A DNA stretch of 64,000 nt from the IMG/VR virus record IMGVR_UViG_3300022752_000022, positions 85,599-149,598 of that record. One strand, written 5' to 3'. Each line of letters begins with the position of its first letter. Position 1 is the stretch's first letter. The DNA is from a virus. The notes under the pieces are model-generated. The model saw only the letters and a program-made list of their open reading frames with translations, was not told the DNA's origin and did not search any database. Of the stretch, positions 8,003 to 15,613 are shown in pieces. A program made the position numbers and the translations under genes.

Positions 8003-8077
8003 CTGATGTAGATCAGTGGTAGATCGCTTTCTTGGTAAGAAAGAAGTCATGAGTTCGATTCTGTCAAGAGGTTACCA
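8002..8077 (+). pseudogene. Chimeric pseudo-tRNA-Thr(GGT)
   Basis: Good 5' half (GCTGATG, D arm, CTTTC-TTGGTAA-GAAAG), but the 3' end CTGTCAAGAGGTTACCA pairs with neither its T stem nor its acceptor stem. Confidence 0.7.
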
Positions 8078-8090
8078 AAAAGGAGTTTGT

Positions 8091-8627
8091 ATGAGACTTA
8101 CTGATTTAATTAAAATATATGATAATGTTTTGAGTAAAGACTCTTGCAATAATATCATTGGGGAGTTTGAAGCAAGAAAAGAATTGGTAGATCATCATCA
8201 TAATGATGTTTACAAATTTGATCAATTAAACTTAAATCAGACTGATCTAAAACCTTTAGCGACAATTTTCATAAGGCAAATTATTCCGCTCATTAAATAT
8301 TATTCAGCGGAATTCAATGTTGATCGATTCATTAAAATGAATGCTTTTGAAGATGTTAGAATTAAAAAATACTTGAAGAATTCTGACTATCAATTTAAAA
8401 CACATATCGATAGTGCCGATAAAGAGTCTGCGGTACGATATTTGGTTTTCATTTTGTATTTGAATGATAACAACGGCAACACATTTTTTCCAACACTTGA
8501 TTACTCATGTAGACCAAAACAAGGAAGCATGATTTTGTTTCCACCTTTTTGGATGTATCCACATTCTGGTGTGATACCTACAGATAATGATAAGTATATT
8601 ATGATGAGCGCATTACATCATACATAA
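8091..8627 (+). CDS. 2OG-Fe(II) oxygenase (prolyl-hydroxylase-like)
   Basis: HxD (HID)...ILYLND...G...FPPFWMYPH...KY. Start moved to 8091 because of the AAGGAG SD and because 8016 lies inside the pseudo-tRNA. Confidence 0.88.
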   Translation: MRLTDLIKIYDNVLSKDSCNNIIGEFEARKELVDHHHNDVYKFDQLNLNQTDLKPLATIFIRQIIPLIKYYSAEFNVDRFIKMNAFEDVRIKKYLKNSDYQFKTHIDSADKESAVRYLVFILYLNDNNGNTFFPTLDYSCRPKQGSMILFPPFWMYPHSGVIPTDNDKYIMMSALHHT

Positions 8628-8632
8628 TTCTA

Positions 8633-8826
8633 TAGAATCCCCGGTCCTACGCCGGTTAGCGAGTGGGCGGTTAGACTTCCGTGAGTAGTCTAGGTTAGCC
8701 ATGCAACCTCCCTCCGGGCTTTTCATCCGGCAGGGTAAAAGATAATGGCAAAGTTGACCATCCTAAGATGGTACGGACAGGGTAACAACTCAATTCGGGG
8801 CTTATGGGAATAAGTAGCCGATCCTA
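8633..8826 (+). ncRNA. Multi-stem structured RNA candidate
   Basis: GC-rich, ORF-free; hairpins CCGG/CCGG, TAGACT/AGTCTA, ACCATC/GATGGT, CTTAT/ATAAG; long-range GCCAT/ATGGC. Confidence 0.55.
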
Positions 8827-8831
8827 ATTTT

Positions 8832-8906
8832 ATCACCGTCGTTCAACGGAAAGGACATAGGTCTTCTAAACCTAGAATAGGGGTTCGACTCCTCTCGGTG
8901 GTGCCA
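8832..8906 (+). tRNA. tRNA-Arg(TCT)
   Basis: ATCACCG/CGGTGGT + GCCA; TAGGT-CTTCTAA-ACCTA; AGGGG-TTCGACT-CCTCT. Confidence 0.92.
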
Positions 8907-9017
8907 ATAACTATCAGCGCAATAAAAAAATTTCATTGAAATGCCTATGACAATTGATATACATCTTAGAGGACTTCGGTGATTGATAAATAAGATGATA
9001 TTTACATTGGAGGTATT

Positions 9018-9212
9018 ATGGCGACAAAGAAAAAACTTGACAGAGGTAGTGAAATAAAACCTAAACCTTTAAAAGTGAAGAAGACTGAATCCATCGAAGT
9101 TAAAAATGGTGTCTTTGAAGGCGAATACAGTAAAAGTCTTTATAATAACGGTGAATTAGTCAGTTTTGACATTGACTGGGACAAATTGAAAGAGTACATG
9201 AAGAAAATTTGA
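9018..9212 (+). CDS. Small hypothetical protein
   Basis: GGAGG SD; late-type GATAAATA at 8985-8992. Confidence 0.7.
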   Translation: MATKKKLDRGSEIKPKPLKVKKTESIEVKNGVFEGEYSKSLYNNGELVSFDIDWDKLKEYMKKI

Positions 9213-9270
9213 TGATTCGCCTAAGACAAATCGGATGATCTTGCTTGAAAGAAATCTTAGTCAATTGGCG

Positions 9271-9323
9271 TGTTGCATAAAAACAACAGGGCGCTTGACA
9301 GCGCATCTTTTTTATTGTAGAAT
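9271..9323 (+). promoter_or_regulatory. Early promoter cassette copy 3
   Basis: TGTTGCATAAAAACAACA 9271-9288, TTGACA 9295-9300, TAGAAT 9318-9323. Confidence 0.85.
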
Positions 9324-9349
9324 TAAATCAAATATGAAGGAGATATCTC

Positions 9350-9877
9350 ATGCCCAACTGGTGTTATAATAATATTACGATTCATGGAAGCAGTGCGGAG
9401 ATCGCAAAGATTGAAAAGTTTCTTGAAGAACGAAAAGGTGAAAATTGGTTTGATTATTTTCTTCCGATGCCTGAAGAAATTAAGAAAACAGATGGCGCAT
9501 GGTATGAATGGGCAATTAATAATTGGGGCACTAAGTGGAATTGTAATGCAGTTGATTGGACGGCTTTTGAGGGCGAAATCTCATTTACTTTTGATTCAGC
9601 ATGGGGTCCACCGATTACTTTGTACGAGTATATTTCAAATGAATTTGAAGACTTATCAATTCAAGCAGAATACTTAGAAGAAGGTATGGGTTTTGTTGGT
9701 GAATTTATTGATGGTGAAGATAATTGTTACGAATACGAAGACTTAGAAGATTTAGATTACATTCCAGAACATCTAGTGGAGAATTGGAATCTCCGAGAAA
9801 TGTTAGAGGACAGAGAAAGTGAATACGACGAATATCAAGAAGAGGAATCCGATAGCGAAGGATCTCAAAAGTCCTAA
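9350..9877 (+). CDS. DUF1281/YubB ferredoxin-like domain protein
   Basis: MPNWCYN...WYEWAINNWGTKWN...FDSAWGPP...EEGMGFVG. Confidence 0.8.
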   Translation: MPNWCYNNITIHGSSAEIAKIEKFLEERKGENWFDYFLPMPEEIKKTDGAWYEWAINNWGTKWNCNAVDWTAFEGEISFTFDSAWGPPITLYEYISNEFEDLSIQAEYLEEGMGFVGEFIDGEDNCYEYEDLEDLDYIPEHLVENWNLREMLEDRESEYDEYQEEESDSEGSQKS

Positions 9878-9936
9878 GTATCGGATGCGCGTTGTTGAAA
9901 GCAAATTGAGAAAACCACCTAAGCATAAGGAACGGT

Positions 9937-10242
9937 ATGAGTTTGTATCTTGAAAACATGGGTCCTCGACAAAGCATTGCATCGGAAATTCTAGACACCA
10001 TTCGATTCGGAGATTTGGATAGAATCAAAAGCGCAGGCACTTATGTAAAGAAAAAACTAGACGCAACATCGGATGCTTATGTGTTGCATTTCGGCCGATC
10101 TAAAGATTTTTACGGTGCTGTCCTTGTTCACAAGCCAAATAGCATTGAAGTGAAACTTGTAAATGCTGGCCGAAAAAAGTCTATGAAGTTTAAGCGATTG
10201 GCTGAAGTCAAACAATACTTTTGTAAGACTTTAATTCTATAA
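9937..10242 (+). CDS. Hypothetical protein
   Basis: ORF with AAGGA SD. Confidence 0.65.
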   Translation: MSLYLENMGPRQSIASEILDTIRFGDLDRIKSAGTYVKKKLDATSDAYVLHFGRSKDFYGAVLVHKPNSIEVKLVNAGRKKSMKFKRLAEVKQYFCKTLIL

Positions 10243-10577
10243 TGAATAGCACTGAGAATAATTATTTGGACGAAGATGGCTATCCTACTGAAGAGTTTTT
10301 AACAAGTATTGAAATCTGGCGAGATAGACCTTTTACTGAATTGATGGATATGATTAAGCCATACTGGAGGTTTTCGGACTTCGGTTATTGGACTCAGCAG
10401 GCTGTGCTGGTAAAAGAAGATTGGATAATGGAATACAGATTGAGTACAGGTGGTTGGTCCGGCAATGAGAGTATCATTAGAGCACTAAAGGACAATCATA
10501 TTTTTTGGAGTCTCTGCTGGTACAGTAGCCAACGAGGCGGTCATTATGTGTTTGAGGTGAAACATGAAAAAGCGTAA
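10242..10577 (+). CDS. Conserved phage hypothetical protein
   Basis: DGYPT...STGGWSGNESII...RGGHY motif. Confidence 0.75.
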   Translation: MNSTENNYLDEDGYPTEEFLTSIEIWRDRPFTELMDMIKPYWRFSDFGYWTQQAVLVKEDWIMEYRLSTGGWSGNESIIRALKDNHIFWSLCWYSSQRGGHYVFEVKHEKA

Positions 10578-10887
10578 CCAAAAATCATTGTTAACACAAA
10601 TCGGTGAAAAGATTAAACAACGCCGATCACAAATGCTGATTCATTCTTGTCTTTATTATGAAATGAATGAGAGCATTGTTGACGATCATACATGGCAAAA
10701 ATGGGCCAATGAACTCGCAGAATTGCAAAAAAATCATCCTGATGAATGCAATATGGATTTTTATGATGAACACTTTAAAGATTGGGATGGTTCATCGGGT
10801 TATCATTTGCCTTTGAGAGATCCTTGGGTCTACGGCAAAGCAAAGTACATTCTAGAATTGACGAGGAACGGTTATGGGAATGTTTGA
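10564..10887 (+). CDS. Stand-alone protein resembling NAD-dependent DNA ligase domain Ia
   Basis: IHSCLYYEMNESIVDDHTW...ELAELQKNHP resembles the LigA H..YY..D.P.ISD..YD...EL..LE..HP pattern. Confidence 0.6.
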   Translation: MKKRNQKSLLTQIGEKIKQRRSQMLIHSCLYYEMNESIVDDHTWQKWANELAELQKNHPDECNMDFYDEHFKDWDGSSGYHLPLRDPWVYGKAKYILELTRNGYGNV

Positions 10888-11194
10888 TTACATTACTTAT
10901 AATGGTAATAAATATCAGACAAAGAATACTCCATCACAAAGCATAGATAATTATGAAATTCGTAACAATCAATTGTGGTATGAAGATTATGATGCTGAGT
11001 GGATTGATGCAGAAAGAGGCAGTTTTTTGGGGCACATAGAAAAGAAAAATCTTCGTTGGACATTTTGCGAAAAGTTTATCGGTGAGATTCGGTTCTATAG
11101 ATTATTAAACAGGAAAACTAGCACCTTGGAAGAGTATTCTTCTTACTTTTATAAAGGGCAGTTGAAAGAACTTCATCTGTTAGAAAATGAGTGA
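10874..11194 (+). CDS. Conserved phage hypothetical protein
   Basis: MGMFDYI...YQTK...GEIRFY pattern. Confidence 0.7.
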   Translation: MGMFDYITYNGNKYQTKNTPSQSIDNYEIRNNQLWYEDYDAEWIDAERGSFLGHIEKKNLRWTFCEKFIGEIRFYRLLNRKTSTLEEYSSYFYKGQLKELHLLENE

Positions 11195-11396
11195 TATAGC
11201 AAAGCGTCGGGAACAAATGAAAGTATGGATTGATCCGCCGAGTGGATGGAAATATGGTTTCCCTAAAATCTACGATCCTGATTGTGGCTTGAATGTCATG
11301 GAATGGTTAGTGAAAGAAGGATATCCACAAAAAGAGATAGACTACATAGGGAGATTGTTCTACATCAGAAAGTGGAAAGTCAAGAACGATGAATGA
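11187..11396 (+). CDS. Hypothetical protein (IDPPSGWKYGFPK family)
   Basis: Overlapping, coupled ORF. Confidence 0.7.
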   Translation: MSDIAKRREQMKVWIDPPSGWKYGFPKIYDPDCGLNVMEWLVKEGYPQKEIDYIGRLFYIRKWKVKNDE

Positions 11397-11631
11397 TTGG
11401 AAACACACAAATAGCATGGACTACTTTTATAGAAAAGATGACGGTCGTGTTTTAGGTGCTGTATGGCATAAAGCATTAGATTCTTCAGTATGGACCTCAA
11501 AGATATACACAGAGGACTTTCCATTTACAAACGAAAGCGAAAAGTTTTTAGGCCATTTCATTGACGAGTATTCAGCAAAGAAATCAGTTGAACTTTTCTG
11601 GCTTAAAGAGTATAATACACTTTTAACTTAA
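11389..11631 (+). CDS. Hypothetical protein
   Basis: Coupled ORF. Confidence 0.65.
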   Translation: MNDWKHTNSMDYFYRKDDGRVLGAVWHKALDSSVWTSKIYTEDFPFTNESEKFLGHFIDEYSAKKSVELFWLKEYNTLLT

Positions 11632-11648
11632 AATAAAAAAGGAACGCA

Positions 11649-11849
11649 ATGAAGATACTTAAATCTTATTGGTCAACAAATAGCACAGGTACGATTGGAA
11701 TCGTGCAAGTTGAAACATTAACTAATGAAATTAAATATTATATTGGAGTTGGTTCAGGAAAAAGTGAATCTGAAGACCGTGAACGTATCGCTTACTACGG
11801 CAGTAAATTTTTAAATGAAGCAGGTGATATAATTTTTAAGGATATGTAA
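11649..11849 (+). CDS. Hypothetical protein
   Basis: SD present; IGIVQV...YYIG.G.G..E..D...I..YG.KF. Confidence 0.7.
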   Translation: MKILKSYWSTNSTGTIGIVQVETLTNEIKYYIGVGSGKSESEDRERIAYYGSKFLNEAGDIIFKDM

Positions 11850-11999
11850 ATGTTTTGGGCAATTTTTAACTTTATCGGTGCGTGGTACTTATGGAACGTT
11901 TCGCAGAACGCATTTGAAATGAAAATCGATCATATAGGTTGGTTAGCCCTTTTCTTCAGTGCTGTCAATTTTGCAGCAGGTTTGAATGGTATAATATAA
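11850..11999 (+). CDS. Small membrane protein (49 aa), not in ORF track
   Basis: MFWAIFNFIGAWYLW...GWLALFFSAVNFAAGLNGII*. Confidence 0.55.
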   Translation: MFWAIFNFIGAWYLWNVSQNAFEMKIDHIGWLALFFSAVNFAAGLNGII

Positions 12000-12012
12000 A
12001 GGAGTTTATCTA

Positions 12013-12183
12013 ATGAAAGAAGTGAGGGGTTGGCTAGAGAATCGTGTCACAGCATTGCGTGAAGGTAAAGATTCAATTCCTAAAATTGAAATTGATTATT
12101 ATGATACATTTTTTGAAGTTCATTCAGACATTCTAGAAACGATTTGGGTCCAAGTAATGGAGAATGATTTTGTAAAGGAATAA
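12013..12183 (+). CDS. Small hypothetical protein (56 aa), not in ORF track
   Basis: AAGGAG SD; MKEVRGWLENRV... Confidence 0.6.
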   Translation: MKEVRGWLENRVTALREGKDSIPKIEIDYYDTFFEVHSDILETIWVQVMENDFVKE

Positions 12184-12185
12184 AA

Positions 12186-12392
12186 GTGGAATTTGATAAG
12201 GAAACCGATATAGTATATGCTGATACGATTGACTACATCAACCGAGCACTGTATCAGCATAATCCTTTAGCACTTGCTGCAAGTCTTGTAACTTTAGGAC
12301 TAGCAATGTATAGAACATCATTGTCTGACGAAGATTATGATAAGATGTGCACCGCAATTTATGATACAAGATTTAGAATTAAGAAGATTTAA
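12186..12392 (+). CDS. Hypothetical protein
   Basis: GTG start with AAGGA SD. Confidence 0.65.
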   Translation: MEFDKETDIVYADTIDYINRALYQHNPLALAASLVTLGLAMYRTSLSDEDYDKMCTAIYDTRFRIKKI

Positions 12393-12393
12393 A

Positions 12394-12447
12394 CTGTCAT
12401 CAAATCTTCATGAAAATTTAATGCAAATGTAATCAGTTTTATATCAT
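12394..12447 (+). promoter_or_regulatory. Tandem Pho boxes (PhoB-type direct repeats)
   Basis: Heptamers at exact 11-bp phase: CTGTCAT 12394, TCTTCAT 12405, ATTTAAT 12416, ATGTAAT 12427, with A-rich 4-nt spacers; -10-like TATCAT at 12442-12447. Confidence 0.7.
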
Positions 12448-12457
12448 TTTTATGTTA

Positions 12458-12494
12458 AATACATACGAGAGTATAGGGAACTCTCGTATGTATT
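12458..12494. repeat. Perfect 15-bp inverted repeat (hairpin) in operon leader
   Basis: AATACATACGAGAGT-ataggga-ACTCTCGTATGTATT. Confidence 0.9.
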
Positions 12495-12515
12495 AATCTT
12501 TTTAAGGGGAATGGT

Positions 12516-12761
12516 ATGAAACTAGAGATGCGTGTATGGGATATGGATGTTCGTTTAGAGCTAGAAGATGATGACACTGAAGATCAACTTTCAGTTTTGA
12601 CAACAGTTAGAGACCTTTTGGATATGTTGAGTCGGTTTGAAAAAGTAAATGTTAGCATCACACAAATTGAAGATGCTGATGAAGAAGTTGCAGAAGAAGA
12701 CGAAGAAGAAAATCACACTGAAGTTGTACAAGATCATGCAGAGGAAAATCAAGTAATCTGA
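12516..12761 (+). CDS. Small highly acidic protein, first gene of Pho-box operon
   Basis: AAGGGG SD; Asp/Glu-rich. Confidence 0.7.
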   Translation: MKLEMRVWDMDVRLELEDDDTEDQLSVLTTVRDLLDMLSRFEKVNVSITQIEDADEEVAEEDEEENHTEVVQDHAEENQVI

Positions 12762-12768
12762 TGAGAAA

Positions 12769-13542
12769 ATGGATTACCGTACCATCTTTATATCGGATGT
12801 ACATTTAGGTAGTAAGGGTTGTAAAGCAGAAATATTAAGTAATTTTCTTAAAAACAGCAATGCACATAAATTATATCTTATAGGCGATATAGTAGACGGT
12901 TGGAAAATTCAGCAAAATAAGTGGGCTTGGAGACAAGCCCACTCCAACGTAGTGAGAAGAATTCTAGGTTACGCCAAACGTGGCACTGAAGTTGTTTACA
13001 TAGCAGGGAATCATGATGAGTTTTTAAGACCAATGATACCTTACGGTTTAACCTTCGGTCGCATCCAAGTAGCAAATCAATGTACGCATGTAGGACTAGA
13101 TGGCAAAAAATATCTAGTGATACATGGCGATCTTTTTGACGGTATCACTAGATTAGCACCGTGGATTAGTTTTCTCGGTGATAAATCTTATGACATGCTC
13201 ATTTCAATCAATACTAAATTTAACTGGTGGAGGCACAAACTTGGATTCGGGTATTGGAGTTTATCTAAGTATCTTAAACACAGAGTCAAGCGGGCTATTG
13301 ATTTTATGTTTCAGTTTGAGCGTAATCTTGCTGACTATTGTAGTAAGCGTGGTTTTGACGGAGTTATTTGTGGACACATCCACAAAGCAGAAATCAAAAC
13401 AATAAATGGCGTCATCTACATGAACGACGGTGATTGGGTTGAATCGTGTTCAGCATTAGTTGAGCATTTAGATGGCCGTTGGGAAATTGTGTATTGGGAC
13501 AAGAGTGAAGACGATGTGGATTCTGTTTCTGATAGTCGTTAA
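12769..13542 (+). CDS. plcP: PlcP-like phospholipase C (LpxH-family metallophosphoesterase)
   Basis: FISDVHLG, LIGDIVDGW, GNHD (His, not the Arg of LpxH GNRD), HGD, CGHIH, NDGDWVESCSALVE; adjacent to a GT4 gene. Confidence 0.8.
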   Translation: MDYRTIFISDVHLGSKGCKAEILSNFLKNSNAHKLYLIGDIVDGWKIQQNKWAWRQAHSNVVRRILGYAKRGTEVVYIAGNHDEFLRPMIPYGLTFGRIQVANQCTHVGLDGKKYLVIHGDLFDGITRLAPWISFLGDKSYDMLISINTKFNWWRHKLGFGYWSLSKYLKHRVKRAIDFMFQFERNLADYCSKRGFDGVICGHIHKAEIKTINGVIYMNDGDWVESCSALVEHLDGRWEIVYWDKSEDDVDSVSDSR

Positions 13543-13717
13543 CATATACGATCCATCGGATGTGCCGGGCCGTATACAATTACAATTCAAAGATCAAGCT
13601 AGCTGTGAACTAGCGTTACAAAACACAAACTATTGGGTAAAATTCCCGTGGTTCAAAGTGGAGGGGAAGTGTGAAAAAAATACTGATCATAACAGACAAT
13701 TTACCAGACCAAATTAA
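13514..13717 (+). CDS. Small membrane/secreted protein between plcP and agt
   Basis: MWILFLIVVNI...F...SCE.AL...C pattern; overlaps both neighbours. Confidence 0.55.
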   Translation: MWILFLIVVNIYDPSDVPGRIQLQFKDQASCELALQNTNYWVKFPWFKVEGKCEKNTDHNRQFTRPN

Positions 13718-14672
13718 CGGTGTTGTTACCACATACAAAAATATTGAGGCGTGTGCGGTTCGTGATGATTATAACTTTGTTTACATTACTCCCGATGAGT
13801 TCCGCCACTTTGATTGCCCTGTATACAACGAAGTCAAGATTGCCTATCCAAGGAATATGGGCGAGAAGATTGCGGAGATACGTCCGGATCATATCCATAT
13901 CGCCACAGAGGGTCCTGTTGGTTTGTGGGCTAGAGCATATCTTACAAAACATCATTATCGTTACAATACTGCTTATCATACTAAATTTCCTGAAGGGCTC
14001 AAAACTCTGGTTGGACTTCCTGAGTCTATTACCTGGCGTTACATAAAGTGGTTTCATAAACATACAGGCAAAGTGCTGACAACAACGGAATCAATGAAAG
14101 AACAATTGAAAGCTAAAGGTTTAGTTGCTGACATTGTGCCGTGGACTAGAGGAGTTGATCGGACCATTTTTCATCCAGAGCATAGAACAAAAACAAACGG
14201 GCAACCAACTTTGCTTTGTGTGAGCCGAGTCAGTAAAGAAAAGAACCTGGAAGATTTTTGTAGTCTAGACTATTTTGGTGCAAAGAAAATTATGGTCGGT
14301 GATGGTCCATATCGTGAAGAATTGGAAGAAAAGTATCCTGATGTGGAATTTGTCGGCTTCAAAACCGGTGTAGAATTAGCAACATATTTCGCAAATGCAG
14401 ATGTGTTCGTATTTCCTTCAAGATGGGAAACATTCGGCATTGTTATGATTGAAGCAATTGCATGTGGAACTCCTGTTGCAGCATATCCTTGCCAGGGCCC
14501 AGAGGATATCATTGAAAACGGTAAGACTGGCTACCTTAGAGAAAATCTTAAACAAGCAATTACCGAATGCCTGGTCATGGACCGAAACGTAGTCCATCAG
14601 CATAGTCTGAAGTGGTCATGGGAAGAAGCGTGGGAAATCTTCCGGAACAATCTAGTTCCTCTCAAAAACTGA
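13671..14672 (+). CDS. agt: GT4 glycosyltransferase, Agt-like glycolipid synthase
   Basis: ITD..PDQINGVVTT, PDHIHIATEGPVG, YHTKFPE, WTRGVD, RVSKEKNL, FPSRWETFGIVMIEAIACGTPVAAYP. Confidence 0.8.
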   Translation: MKKILIITDNLPDQINGVVTTYKNIEACAVRDDYNFVYITPDEFRHFDCPVYNEVKIAYPRNMGEKIAEIRPDHIHIATEGPVGLWARAYLTKHHYRYNTAYHTKFPEGLKTLVGLPESITWRYIKWFHKHTGKVLTTTESMKEQLKAKGLVADIVPWTRGVDRTIFHPEHRTKTNGQPTLLCVSRVSKEKNLEDFCSLDYFGAKKIMVGDGPYREELEEKYPDVEFVGFKTGVELATYFANADVFVFPSRWETFGIVMIEAIACGTPVAAYPCQGPEDIIENGKTGYLRENLKQAITECLVMDRNVVHQHSLKWSWEEAWEIFRNNLVPLKN

Positions 14673-14674
14673 TT

Positions 14675-14723
14675 TGTTGTTTTCATACAACACAGTTGAC
14701 AATTATCAGGACCAGCGTATAAT
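14675..14723 (+). promoter_or_regulatory. Early promoter cassette copy 4
   Basis: TGTTGTTTTCATACAACA 14675-14692, TTGACA 14696-14701, TATAAT 14718-14723. Confidence 0.85.
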
Positions 14724-14759
14724 TAATTCTGTAGTGATTAATTAACAAAGGAATCTGAA

Positions 14760-15047
14760 ATGAGAATGAAGCGAATGATTGATGGTCTTGACAACGGTCA
14801 GAAAATCCGTGTTATCGTTGATGGTGTTGGTTTCCACACCACAGTCAAGGGTGCTTTTGATCTGGTTTACTACCACCATCGTGTGGCCGCGGTCCAAGCT
14901 CTCACCAATCTCGCTCTGAAGCGTATTCTAGCCAGGACTGAAAAGCCTACAGGTTTCGCCACCACTTATGATGTCCGTAAACTACCGGATGTGACTGGCG
15001 ATGAAGGCAAGCTGATCCGTGTGGATGTTCAAGTTGACTTGTTGTAA
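14760..15047 (+). CDS. Hypothetical early protein
   Basis: Follows the promoter; its stop lies in orphan palindrome copy 5 (15040-15057). Confidence 0.7.
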   Translation: MRMKRMIDGLDNGQKIRVIVDGVGFHTTVKGAFDLVYYHHRVAAVQALTNLALKRILARTEKPTGFATTYDVRKLPDVTGDEGKLIRVDVQVDLL

Positions 15048-15082
15048 TTAAACAACTTTTTTATTCTTCTGGAGTTTTTATC

Positions 15083-15289
15083 ATGCGTACCACGACAATC
15101 TACCATCTCCTCGGAGTGTCAAAAGCCAAGACTGCTAAAGCAGTCCTATTCCTTGACCCAGAAACCGACCGGCAAGCGTGGATTCCGCTTTCCATTGCTA
15201 CTGTCAAGTTTATCGGTGCTAACTTTCGCGTGAAAGTCTCGATTCCTGACTGGTTTTTCAACAAAATCTCCTGGACTCCTGTTGCGTAA
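15083..15289 (+). CDS. Hypothetical early protein
   Basis: GGAG SD; TAKAVL...WIPLS...IPDW pattern; stop inside palindrome. Confidence 0.7.
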   Translation: MRTTTIYHLLGVSKAKTAKAVLFLDPETDRQAWIPLSIATVKFIGANFRVKVSIPDWFFNKISWTPVA

Positions 15290-15328
15290 ATACAACGGGG
15301 TTGACACCAATCCCGTTTAGTGTATAAT
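15280..15328 (+). promoter_or_regulatory. Early promoter cassette copy 6
   Basis: TGTTGCGTAAATACAACG, TTGACA 15301, TATAAT 15323. Confidence 0.85.
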
Positions 15329-15334
15329 TAAACC

Positions 15335-15535
15335 ATGATGATTCAAAAGGAAACCGAAATGAAAGTAGTAATGATTACCAAAGCCCAGCCCTTCGGCAAC
15401 GAAGTCCTTGCAATCTTCGCAAACCCTGCTGATGCAGCAGCTTTTGCAGCCGATCTTGCTGATCCCGCAGTCAACCTGGTTGAATGCAACCTTGTGGTTG
15501 GTCCGTTCGGCATGAAAATGGTTCCTGTTGTTTAA
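15335..15535 (+). CDS. Hypothetical early protein
   Basis: Likely start 15359 after AAGGA; stop inside palindrome. Confidence 0.65.
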   Translation: MMIQKETEMKVVMITKAQPFGNEVLAIFANPADAAAFAADLADPAVNLVECNLVVGPFGMKMVPVV

Positions 15536-15574
15536 TTACAACAGGGTTGACAAATGGCCAAGGCCTGCTACAAT
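15526..15574 (+). promoter_or_regulatory. Early promoter cassette copy 7
   Basis: TGTTGTTTAATTACAACA, TTGACA 15547, TACAAT 15569. Confidence 0.85.
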
Positions 15575-15613
15575 GAAGTTATGGTGATTGATAAAGAATT
15601 GAAAGGAAAGAAA

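Noticed and set aside
7346-8050. 234-aa minus-strand ORF
   Set aside because: Antisense shadow of the metallophosphoesterase and tRNAs; no motifs.
8016-8090. ORF-track N-terminal extension of the oxygenase
   Set aside because: Lies inside the pseudo-tRNA; the SD supports ATG 8091.
6753-8906. Suppressor tRNA or alternative genetic code
   Set aside because: TTCTAA loops read UCU (Arg) in the standard register, and core genes are intact under code 11.
8907-8960. Possible LysR/OxyR-type site (CTAT-N7-ATAA-N7-TCAT)
   Set aside because: Degenerate match in AT-rich sequence with no obvious target gene.
12433-12460. TTATGTTAAAT matches the XerD arm of dif
   Set aside because: The would-be XerC arm (TCAGTTTTATA) lacks the CATAA core; probably chance in AT-rich DNA.
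12769-13542. Annotation as lipid A enzyme LpxH
   Set aside because: The GNHD motif, the adjacent Agt-like GT4 and the Pho boxes fit PlcP better; phylogeny is still needed to confirm.
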